Of a DNA stretch of 64,000 nt, positions 1 to 10,196 are shown piece after piece. A program made the translations under genes and the position numbers. Each line of letters starts with the position of its first letter. Position 1 is the first letter of the stretch. A model generated the notes under the pieces. The model had not been told where the DNA came from. It did no database searches and worked only from the letters and a program-made list of their open reading frames with translations. The stretch is from Macrostomum lignano. Taxonomy: Eukaryota. The stretch is from contig NIVC01000059.1 of NCBI GenBank assembly GCA_002269645.1, positions 1,426,001-1,490,000 on the forward strand, in the 5' to 3' direction.

Positions 1-545
1 AGGCTGGTGGCCCAGCAACTGATGATCTGGGAGGCTGGTGGCCCAGCAACTGAAGATCTGGGAGGCTGGTGGCCCAGCAACTGAGAATCTGGGAGGCTGG
101 CCCAGCAACTGGGGATCTGGGAGGCTGGCCCAGCAACTGAGGATCTGGGAGGCTGGTGGCCCAGCAACTGAGGATCTGGGAGGCTGGTGGCCCAGCAACT
201 GATGATCTGGGAGGCTGGTGGCCCAGCAACAGAGGATCTGGGAGGCTGGCCCAGCAAATGAGGATCTGGGAGGCTGGCCCAGCAAATGAGGATCTGGGAG
301 GCTGGTGGCCCAGCAACTGAGAATCTGGAAGACTGGCCCAGCAAATGAGAATCTGGGAGGCTGGCCCAGCAACTGGGGATCTGGGAGGCTGGCCCAGCAA
401 CTGAGGATCTGGGAGGCTGGCCCAGCAACTGGGGATCTGGGAGGCTGGTGGCCCAGCAACAGAGGATCTGGGAGGCTGGCCCAGCAAATGAGGATCTGGG
501 AGGCTGGCCCAGCAACTGATGATCTGGGAGGCTGGTGGCCCAGCT
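1..545. repeat. GC-rich minisatellite, 28/31-bp units (GAGGATCTGGGAGGCTGG[TGG]CCCAGCAACT), filling a CNNM intron; truncated by the window edge
   Basis: About 18 tandem units are visible. On the minus strand the array begins right at the GTAAG donor (544-548) of the CNNM exon 549-677. Confidence 0.97.
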
Positions 546-548
546 TAC

Positions 549-3500
549 GGATCGCCAGGCAGTGCACGGCGGCCATCCGGAGCTGAGCTGGAACCTGCAT
601 GCCGGTGCTGCCAGCCAGAGCCAGTTCGCGCCAGGACACTCGAGGTGCGCGTGGCGGCGGACGGTGCGACGGTTGGGCTGCAAAATTCGATTTATTAATA
701 AAGCATCTCATCATTATGCAGCCAACTGTCAGAGAGGGGCTTCTTGGGCATTGCCAATTCATGTTAATTCTGCTGACCCCTGATTACAAAACCGTACACA
801 GATGAGTACGAAGGCATGCTTGTACAGCGGTCCTGACTTTTAACCGTCGGGCGTGAACAGTCACTATGCCTTGAAGGGTTGCCCCTCATGGCTATGAATC
901 GCACGACAATCGATTAGCCAATTTTTGTGCACACACAAGCCCCGAAGGAATTTGGCTTTGCCCCTGTCTCTTAGGTGGGCGTCCCTGTCTCTTAGGTGGG
1001 CGTCCCTGTCTCTTAGGTGGGCGTCCCTGTCTCTTAGGTGGGCGTCCCTGTCTCTTAGGTGGGCGCCCCTGTCTCTTAGGTGGGCGTCCTGTCTCTTAGG
1101 TGAGCGCCCCTGTCTCTTAGGTGGGCGCCCCTGTCTCTTAGGTGGGCGTCCTGTCTCTTAGGTGAGCGCCCCTGTCTCTTAGGTGGGCGCCCCTGTCTCT
1201 TAGGTGGGCGCCCCTGTCTCTTAGGTGGGCGCCCCTGTCTCTTAGGTGGGCGCCCCTGTCTCTTAGGTGGGCGCCCCTGTCTCTTAGGTGGGCGCCCCTG
1301 TCTCTTAGGTGGGCGCCCCTGTCTGGGTGACAGGTCACAGAAAACTCTCACAAGAAACGTCAGTCTCGTCCTCAATCTCTTCTTGAATAATCTCTTCCAA
1401 GATGTCCTCAAGCGTTACCATGCCAACCGTGGACTCTTCGTTCACTTCGACTCCAATTGCATCCGTTTCTCTATGCCTAACAATTGCCATATGCACTCGG
1501 TTGCTCAAGAAGAGTTTCAGCGCGCTATCCAGAGTATCCGTGTCCATAACTGAGTGTACTTTTCTGTTGAAATATTCGCAGACTAAATCCACTCGCATTG
1601 GCGCGTCGCGACTAACTATAGTTAGATCTTTGAAATTGAGCACGCTAATAATGTTGCTCCGTTCGCGATCATAAATTGGTATCCTGGTGAAACCGGTCTC
1701 CCGGATCTGCTCAACTGTGAACGAGTCAATCAGGGTCTCAGCCGGTAGCATATAAACTTCGCTTAGTCCGCGCATTACCTGACCAATCGTTTTATTCTGA
1801 AGCGATAGCGCGCCCAAAATTATGTTAGCCTCTGTCCGCTCCAGATTCTGGTTAGCTATGAACTCCTTGAGCTTGTTGCGGTCGTACACCTGGTATAGAG
1901 TGCGTAGGATCCATTAGATCAATCAGTGACTTTCCATCAGATTAATCAGTGACTTTCCATCAGATCGATCAGTGACTTTCCATCAGATCAATCAGTGACT
2001 TTCCATCAGATCAATCAGTGACTTTCTCTCAGATCAATCAGTGACTTTCTATCAGACTACTCAGTGAATTTCCCTATCAGATTAATCAGTGAAATTCTAT
2101 CCGATCAATTAGTGACTTTCTATCAGATTAATCAGTGAGTTTCTATTAGATCAATCAATGTATTTCTATCAGATCAGTCAGTGCATCTTCATTAAATCAG
2201 TGACTTTATATCAGATCAATCAGTGACTTTCTAACAGATCAATCAGTGACTTTCTACGTCGTATCAGGTCAATCAGTGACCTTCTATCAGATCAATCAGT
2301 GACTTTCTATCAGATCAATCAGTGACTTTCTATCAGATCAATCAGTGACTTTCCATCAGATCAATCAGTGAACTCGCTCATAGATCACTTGTTAATGATT
2401 CCACAGCAACTTGCCTGCAATGAAAATGACCTCAACATGCAATACACCTCGTACTGCGATACAGAAATCGCAAGCAATGAGATAAAATGAAAAGAGGACC
2501 GTAGTTAATTCAAGGCTCGATATTATTAGGATAAAAAGGCTGGAATTATTGAAAGCGACGAAAATGTCGCATCTGTTAACACACTGTAGACTCTGTACAT
2601 GTAGGCTTCAGTCGTATCCTTCATCATCACTGCCGAAAATGTCTCTAGGCGTTAAGCTTACCTGTCGCAAATCCTGGCCGAGTATCTTGTCCAACAGTAC
2701 GGACAATGGAAAGCTGATTGGAGCAGTCAAAGCCATAAACAGTATGGTAATTGGCAGGGTAAATGCGCCAATAGCCAATCCGTGACGGGTGCACACAGCC
2801 TGAGGAATAATTTCGCCAAACAGCACAATACCAAGAGATGCCGCTATCACAGTGGTTATACCATCGCCAATTAGCGAGCTCAATATGATTGACAGGGTGG
2901 TGTTGACAACAACGTTGCCTAGCAACAGGCTGCACAGCAAGAAATTGCCCCTCTTTCGAACCGGGATTATTCTCTTGGCGTGCGCCCGTTCTGACGGGCT
3001 GCCGGCGCGGCAGATGATCTTTAGTTCACCAATGTCCAAAGCCATCAGGCCGAGGTTCAGGCCCGAGAACAGGCCTGCATGTTTAGGCCAGATTGATGCA
3101 TAATATTTCAACTTCAACATGATTTTATAAATTCTAAATGTTATTAATCTTTGCGAAAACCTAATATTGTCTTCATCAAACTGTTTCAGACTCTTCAAGC
3201 TTCATCAAACCGCACCCAGACTCTCCTAGCTTCATCAAACTGCACCTAGACTCTTCAAGCTTCATCAAACTGCATTCAGACTCTCCTAGCTTCATCAAAC
3301 TGCACCTAGACTCTTCAAGCTTCATCAAACTGCATTCAGACTCTCCTAGCTTCATCAAACTGCACCTAGACTCTTCTAGCTTCATCATCAAACCGCACCT
3401 AGACTATTCTAGCTTCATCAAACTGCACCTAGACTATCGTAGCTTCATCAAATTGTACCCAGTTCTTCAAGCTTGGGTTATCTAAATTTAGACTTTCCCA

Positions 3501-4140
3501 GCTTAAATCCAAGTGGCTTAAAACTCAATGCACTGGCCCACAGAGTATTCCAGCTTCCTATCTTACCGGACAGTAACATCAGAGCCACTGTAAAGCAAAT
3601 CTTAGCCCACAAAGGCAGTGTTTCTTTAGTCACGTAGAACCTTGGTCCGCCGTCAGAGCCACCAGGATAGCGCCACCGATGCTCTTCAGTAGAATCCGAT
3701 TTTTTTGCCACCTTTGTAGTCCAGTTACCGTGTAGACACAGTAGTAGATAACCGCCCGACGGCATTGGCACCAGATCGCTAGGCACGGTTACCATAGCAA
3801 CAGCTGTTAGGCCAGTTTCTCCAGGTTTCAATCTGAAACTAGTAGGCAGTTTGGCATCCAGACACAGGCCATTGTCGTGATGGGTATTGGCGAAGGCTAG
3901 CCGGTCGAGTGCTTGCAGACCGCGACCGTAAAGACGTATTGATAGTTGACCTCCCAGTGGCACCTTTTGGTGACCGCCAGACTCAGCGGCCTCCCAGCTG
4001 AGGCTGTCCCCAGAGCCATCCGACCTGGGGAATGCCACGGCGTCGGAAACTAACACATCATCGGAAGCGGCGGCGGCTGTGGCAGCGACTGAAACAGCTA
4101 TGGCGGCCAGGCTGGCAAAGACTAAGGCCAGAATAGTTGG
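549..4140 (-). CDS. CNNM: CNNM-family (cyclin M / Uex) metal transporter, 5' part. Exons 3567-4140, 2662-3074, 1352-1889, 549-677; continues beyond the left edge
   Basis: GT-AG junctions join in phase. Product: signal peptide, extracellular beta domain, DUF21/CNNM transmembrane domain (LLSGLFSGLNLGLMALD...RKRGNFLLCSLLLGNVVVNTTL...FGEIIPQA), CBS pair (GFTRIPIY...HMAIV...GMVTLEDILEEIIQEEIEDETD), then QVPAQLRMAAVHCLA, which resembles the CNNM ISPQLLLAAHRFLA motif. Confidence 0.93.
735..950 (-). mobile_element. Decayed tRNA-SINE body (same family as 15820-16179 and 47945-48258), head missing
   Basis: GCCTTGAAGGGTTGCCCCTCATGG resembles GCCTTGGGGGTTGGCCCTCATGG at ~48143; AAGCCCC and GGCATG-TACAG segments are also shared. 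Confidence 0.5.
960..1325. repeat. 21-bp (some 20-bp) minisatellite CCCCTGTCTCTTAGGTGGGCG, ~17 units, in a CNNM intron
   Basis: Tandem units are directly visible. It is the reverse complement of the array at 53728-54225. Confidence 0.97.
1912..2390. repeat. 23-bp minisatellite ATCAATCAGTGACTTTCTATCAG, ~20 degenerate units, in a CNNM intron
   Basis: Tandem units are directly visible; the array ends ~20 bp from the acceptor at 1890-1892. Confidence 0.95.
3174..3470. repeat. 30-bp minisatellite (CTTCATCAAACTGCACCTAGACTCTTCAAG) with an alternating A/B 60-bp higher-order period, in a CNNM intron
   Basis: About 10 units; the alternation is also visible in the spurious ORF MKLEESRCSL/MKLGESECSL. 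Confidence 0.95.
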
Positions 4141-4761
4141 CTGGAAATACAAGAAAATCTAATTAACTTTTCAAAGTTCTTTAACCGCCTATCAAGGTTG
4201 TCTTTAGCTATTGCCCAGTTCGGTCAATATGTAAGCAGACTCAAGTCCCGCGTGTTCCTCTAGCTCTGGTGACAGGTTTTGTGTACAAGTTATCTTGTTC
4301 TGTGGATCAGAAAATTTCCTATATAATGGGAAAACCATGCAAAAGACAATACATATACACTAGAGCGATAAAAAGAACTCCTTCTCGGCTATAATAGCTG
4401 TTGTGAAAGTAAGCAAACTTAACAGTTCAAAATTATCGATCTTTGTCAAACAGAATCTAGGATTTGCATATTTGAATCAAACTACACCAAGTCACCAAGT
4501 GCGCAGTAAATTCCAGCTCAGTATTGCCTTTTGAGTGACGCAAATTGCGCCACGCGACGCAGAGTTGGGCTGGGTGATGTGGGATTGGGAAGAGTGGAGG
4601 GCGAAGATTGGATGGATTGAAGCTTCCACCCGATTTTCATTGTTTTTTTTTCAAGAATTTTTAATATCAAAATGGTTGGCCAGGTGATAGACTCTGGTTG
4701 AAAGATACTGCTCACCGGGGGCAAAGGGTGGCGACTTTTCAATGTTGCTGAGTATATTTCT

Positions 4762-4805
4762 CAGACCCTGAAGATGGCCCTTGACGGACCGAAATGTGTT
4801 GGCTG
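4762..4805 (+). ncRNA. Degenerate minimal type I hammerhead ribozyme motif of Penelope-like retroelement type
   Basis: CAGACC-CTGAAGA-T-GGCCC-TTGAC-GGACC-GAAA-TGTG-TT-GGCTG. Core CUGANGA and GAAA are present; stem II has 4 of 5 pairs; stem I is CAG(A)CC/GGCTG; an AT-rich tract follows. Confidence 0.55.
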
Positions 4806-6958
4806 ATTTATTTAATTAAATCAACATATGTTGGTTTTCTGGTTTTTAGTTCAATTAAATTAATGTTAGCTAGTTAAGCTGTAGTTTGCAGGGCCGAAGG
4901 TCGTTGCAATTCGAGGCGGTGGCGTACGCAGGGGGGGGGGCAGGTTATCCGATAAGTAAAATAAGCAACAACTTTGTCGACATCATCCCACGACGGGCGC
5001 TGAGGAAATTCTGGTCATTCCGCTGACTCCTTAGCCCATTCAAGCGCGCCAATACTGTACGCAGGCACACACGCTCACCGTCACAGGCATATACACTCAC
5101 TGCGTCTTTAGAATAGGCCTTTATGTGCGTGAAGCGCAGGCTAATTTTCGTGCATGAACTCCAAATTAAATGGAATCTAACATACTTTAGTGCAATTTTT
5201 TAAATCTGAGTTAATCTGCCCCTGCAAAGAGCATTTTTTAAAAAGTTGATGTAATTTGAACAAATGACATGATGGGAAAACTAAAAGAAAGAAATAGCAC
5301 ACAAACCAGTTTTTAATAAAGTCAAGAATTACATTGACCTCTGTAGTAAAACTGTTCCAGTTTTGTTGTACATTAAAAGTTTTTATCTTTTTTACTGCTT
5401 TTACTTTAGCTAAAAACAGGAGACAGGAGCCTTCTTAAGAATTAAACTCACTATTTCTAGAATTGAAACTAGATGTTGATGATAGATAAATTGATAGAGC
5501 CACCTTATTTTTAGTACTTAGGATATCATATAGTGCTTTCTAAATAAAACTAGTGCATACTACAAATTTACTAAACAATTGAATATAATGTTGAATATTC
5601 TATTTTATAAAAAAGAAATATAAGCCTGCATTAATACATAAAAATTGAACACATTCAACAATCAGTAAATCAGTAACAAAATTGAACATACAAATTTTCC
5701 AAACTTATTTAAACTTTATTTTTTATTAAATTTTATAAAGTTGAAACAAAATTTAAGTTTTTTGAAAATATCATTTTTATTTTACAAAAATCGAAAAACT
5801 GCCCTTTATTACCAAGTATTGTATAAAATGTAATTAAGACATATGTTAACAATAAAGAAGAATCACTATTAGACAGTATTTTTCATAGAAATTAGAGGTT
5901 TATTATGTTTCTTAGCTATCAACGTTTAAAAAAATTCACTTAAAATTTGATATATACATTCAAACATCACTAATCACTTGGAAAAAAGGAAATGAATAAT
6001 TTTTACTTAATTAATAGCTCTAATTTCAATAAGGACGACAAAAGGGACAAAGATAATATAGCTGCATGAAATTTTTATTTACCACAAAACGGTAGATCAA
6101 TTAAGAGGTTGGCTCTCATAGTTTTTCCTTGCTTTTTTTTGATAGTCTAAAAAGTCACGACTAATTAGTCGTAAACACATGCATTCTGCACGTGTAATCT
6201 GCACGCAACTGTACAGTTAAGTTAGTTACGTTTTAAATTATCGTGCGAACAGCTTCACAACATCTAAACAAAGCTTCCATGCTAAATAATATAAGCTTAC
6301 TTTTTTCTGTCCCCTAAACTTTTAAACAAAAAAAACAAAAAATGCAAGCATAAGATTCATGTATATATTTTAATGTGTGGTACCCGAAAAACGGAAAATA
6401 ATTCAGAATTTCGGTTTTTGGCGCCAAATTTCGAGTAAAGTATTTTAAGTAGATGCTCAGTGTTTTAATTAGATGCTCATAGTTTGGCCCAGGGACACTG
6501 ATTCCCAAAATAATATGCAAAATTTAGGAATTTGTCGTTTTATTTTTTGGTTTTGAACTTTTAATTGTAGGCCCCGCCGATATATAAAATCCAACGCCAC
6601 TGTGCGCAACGCCACTGTGCTGAAAAATTAGGGACAAAACTTGTCTGAAATGCCTGAACGTCTACGAGAATCGAATTAGGAGGGGAAAACTGTAGAATCA
6701 AAAGTGCTTGCTTTGACTTTTCTAGTAAATTATTTGAAAATTAAGTCGTCATCTTAGAATTTAATTAGAATCTATATAGTTTACTGGCGTGTATGTACAT
6801 GATGGCAGTCAATTTTCCAGCAGTAAGTTTGTCGGAATTCAATTTTTGGAAGGCAGTAGCTAAACTTTCTTTTTAGATCCTGGCGTAGAGTATATGTAAA
6901 TCGCACTGTCACACGTACATGCAACTGTACAGGTTAGTCTTGCTAAATTTCAGTGTAA

Positions 6959-7110
6959 TACAGCAATCGGACGTCGCGGCGACTTCGGCCGTCATTTCAC
7001 CGAAAATCATGACGTCGTTATATCCGTCAATGAAATGCAAAAGTACATATTTGTCAGCAGCATCGATAGATCTCGGGATCGTCGTCAGCAGACGTTGCCG
7101 CGATGTCGGG
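6959..7110. mobile_element. Small GACGTC-rich MITE-like element, copy 1
   Basis: Starts TACAGCAATCGGACGTCG (17 of 18 identical to 13993-14010). Imperfect inverted arms GACGTCGCGGC / GCCGCGATGTC. Confidence 0.5.
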
Positions 7111-8445
7111 AAATAAGTATATTGGAGAGTAAATCAAATTGAAGTAATTAGCTAATAGTGATTTAAAGTTTTACGTTTTACAGTTTAACTTAAAGTTATG
7201 TCTTTGTGCATGGCCGTACAGCGCGCAGTATCTGACCCGCGAACTGAACTGATTCTAAACGATTTTATCACAGCTAGACCATTTGGAAATTTTTAAGACG
7301 TTGGTCAGCTTGCTCTAGACTGCCATTGCAATTTTGGCTAATGGGTACCTGCTTTGTTTACTAGTTAAAAATACCAATTTAAAGATGAAAGGACAAAGAG
7401 GCATAGTAGCTAATTATTTTTCGTGCATTTCTTATTTATTACTTTTATTATATTGGGTGCCGCCTACACAGCTGGTTTGAATGCTGCATTTAGAAAATTT
7501 GTTTCGAAAAAGTACTTTTTTGTCCTCAAAGTTTAGAAAAGTAGCTTAGCTAAGTTTTGGCAAAGGAAGAAAAACAAACAAGTCGCTTCGAAACCTGCGC
7601 TTATGGAATAGCTGTATCCAGAACGTGGAGCACTGTGAAACTTCACTCTATTCGATGCAAGCCTCAATTATACTAATTCTAGACCTGACTAGCAATGACT
7701 GCCTTCGGCTGTCTGTCCCGAGTCCCAACCCAGTCCACTGCTTCATCAGCTGTAGAGAAGATAGAAAGATAGAAAAAAAGAATGAACAAATTGAATGAAT
7801 GAGATGCACAACTGGCACCCGCGCTAAGGCCAATCGCAAAGCAGTGAGCAGTTATATTTCGTCTTTTTCATCGGGCAGCTGCCCCTAGGTTTTATGTCGG
7901 CGCGCTTCTGTCACAATGTCTTTGGAAAATTTTTCTGCGATTTAGCTGGCACCGCCACTCTAAGCATTGTTCGGCGCTAGCGCAGTCAGTGTTCCGCTTT
8001 TTCAAGGTCGAGAAGAGCTACTGTAGCTATCAGAATCGGCCAGCCGCTTCAATTGTAAGTTTTGAAATCAAAAAGCATTTTAGTTCCGAAATGCGAAATC
8101 AAATACTAATTTGCAACTGTATGGTTTAAATTATTTCCGCGCTTTATAATCAGTTTTAATAAATAAAATAAAATAGCATGTGATGCTACTAAGACTTATC
8201 ACTCCTCGGGAGTGGGGAGTAATAAGTTAATTACTTGTTTACTAACTTAGATGCAAATATGATTGCTTAAAATTTACTTTGAATAGAATTTAATCAAATT
8301 ACTCGTAGATACAGTACGATGGATACGAACCCGAATAAAGCAAGCTGGTGTCGGCCACAAAGCCCTTTGATTAAGTTCACTACCGGTACAAAAATCACAA
8401 AGATGTTGAAAGATAAACGTTTTATTAAAAATCATCACTCGATTT

Positions 8446-9441
8446 TTAAGCCTTCTTCTTGCATGCGAAACGGAGTCGCTCATGACAGCGAGCCGATTTG
8501 ATTTTTCGACCGTTCAGCGCGACGCAGTTTGTCACGAGGTCGTTGTTGGGATTGTTCGACTGCCAAGCTGGGAAGCCTCTGTAGTCACCTGACCTATCAG
8601 ACCACCTGTAGCACACGGAAGCTCCAGTTGAGTAGTCGATCCTGCACGGATTGAGCTTTAGCAAGCCAGTCCAAACGTCCACCGGGCACTCGTCGGTGCT
8701 CAAATCCAGCAGGATGAGCGCGCGCACCTCAAGGTCGTTGTGAAGCGACGCCACGTGGGCGCCGCGACCGTTGCAGTAGAAATCGGCCTCGATGTACGTA
8801 GCCGCAAACTTCGGCATGAAGAAGCAGTAGCCGTTGAGATACTTCCAGTTGGTCGGGCAGGGCGTCGGGGCCGGGGTGCCGGATCCCAAGTTGGGAACTT
8901 TGCAAACAAACTTCTGCTTGGCGTGATAGAGATTGTTATACCAGAACCTGTCTTCAAGCGAAATTAGCGGCTGGTGATAGCCAATAATTCTAGAGAAGTT
9001 GTGCGCGTGGTACGAACTGTTGCTCGTCTGACCGTCTGACCATCGGTAGTTGTCTGGCTCTCTCAGCTTGTCAACGTCGACGGCGTACCTTCCAGTCCAG
9101 ACGCTTTCGCAGTACGTCAGCTTGCTAACAAAGATGTTCTCAGCTTTGTCGTTAATGCTAGCCAGGTAGCCACCTTGCCTCTTGCAGTATTCATTTGCAG
9201 TGTACCAGTAGTCACGGTTTTCCACATATAGATAGCAATAATCGCGGAAGACAACCCACGACTTGTTTCTGGAGCATTGTCCAAAGAAGACTTCATCTTG
9301 CGGCGGCGGCGGCGGCGGCGGTGCAGCAGCCGCCTTGACAGGGACAGCAGCCTTCAATGGCTGAGCGAGCGGTTTTACACTAGCAGCAGCGTTGCTTGAA
9401 GCAAAGGCAAGCGTCAGGATAATTAGCAGTGCAGCTTGCAT
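8446..9441 (-). CDS. Secreted protein with two tandem C-type lectin-like domains, single exon (331 aa)
   Basis: ATG-to-stop ORF with a signal peptide (MQAALLIILTLAFASSNA), an Ala/Pro linker and two CTLDs (CYLY...W..A...C...GGYLASI...WTG...WSDG...FVCK; CPTNW...CFF...A...C...AHVASL...WTGL...C...FACK). Confidence 0.92.
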   Translation of the reverse strand: MQAALLIILTLAFASSNAAASVKPLAQPLKAAVPVKAAAAPPPPPPPQDEVFFGQCSRNKSWVVFRDYCYLYVENRDYWYTANEYCKRQGGYLASINDKAENIFVSKLTYCESVWTGRYAVDVDKLREPDNYRWSDGQTSNSSYHAHNFSRIIGYHQPLISLEDRFWYNNLYHAKQKFVCKVPNLGSGTPAPTPCPTNWKYLNGYCFFMPKFAATYIEADFYCNGRGAHVASLHNDLEVRALILLDLSTDECPVDVWTGLLKLNPCRIDYSTGASVCYRWSDRSGDYRGFPAWQSNNPNNDLVTNCVALNGRKIKSARCHERLRFACKKKA

Positions 9442-10196
9442 GCTTGACTAGGTATACAATGTCTAGCTGATTAATTAAATTCAGCTCTACAAACTTAGCT
9501 ATGGCACCTTAGCTATGGTATACTGTATTTATAGACAGCTTGGTTGTCATGGTCAACATAACAGGTCTAAAATGTTCTTATCTTTTCTTTGCTCGTAAAA
9601 TGGCTACAACATTTTTCGACCAAGTCTCAGGGATGTTAGGCAAAAAAGCTTTATCAGTCATTTTTAATGATCTGCTTTTTAAGAAATGGCGCGATTTCAT
9701 TAGCGAAAAATTTAAAAGAAAAAAGAGAGGTGTGTCGCGACTCCTCTAGCCAATGTTTTTCTGCCGGCCAGGACGAAATTTTTTAAAAGAAGTTCTTATC
9801 AGCCCGACTTCGCTGATTTTCTTTAACTAGCTAGCTAAATAAGAATTTGCGAAGCTTTATCTCACTCTAAGCTGAAAAAATTCTCGCATACAGTTTAACT
9901 CAAATTCATATATTAAACAGTTTATAGATAGGCTTTCCGGTCTCGTTTACAATTTTTGGAAATCTAGAATCTCGAATCTATAAATTCATGTTTGACGCAT
10001 TTTTGCGGACGGATGTAAAAACATTTTGAAGAAATGACTTTGTTCTCATGAGTTAGAACCTTGTTTGCCAACACTGATAGTTTAGTCTGTTGCATAGGAA
10101 AATAATAATGACGCTATCATTATTAATACATATTGAGTATCGTCAATACGATAATTTCAGACACAGATCGCTACAAAGCTCGCCTCCTGCAGTTTC
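9442..10196. promoter_or_regulatory. Candidate shared/bidirectional promoter region between the divergent lectin and ZO-1-like genes
   Basis: The two start codons point away from each other 755 bp apart. No specific element was identified. Confidence 0.35.

Noticed and set aside
1-545. CRISPR-like array (also considered for 50219-51225)
   Set aside because: There are no unique spacers between constant repeats and no cas genes, and the context is eukaryotic and intronic.
305-1411. Repetitive ORFs (305-586, 925-1161, 1076-1411, 1138-1338), likewise 3176-3391, 51031-51297 and 53612-54394
   Set aside because: They are translations of intronic minisatellites, with frames cycling by unit length and no independent coding evidence.
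4917-6617. Single hAT-like element bounded by CGGTGGCGT and ACGCCACTG (the latter duplicated in tandem)
   Set aside because: The termini resemble hAT-type MITE ends, but neither right end gives an 8-bp TSD matching the left flank and the interior is heterogeneous; at best these are unrelated remnants.
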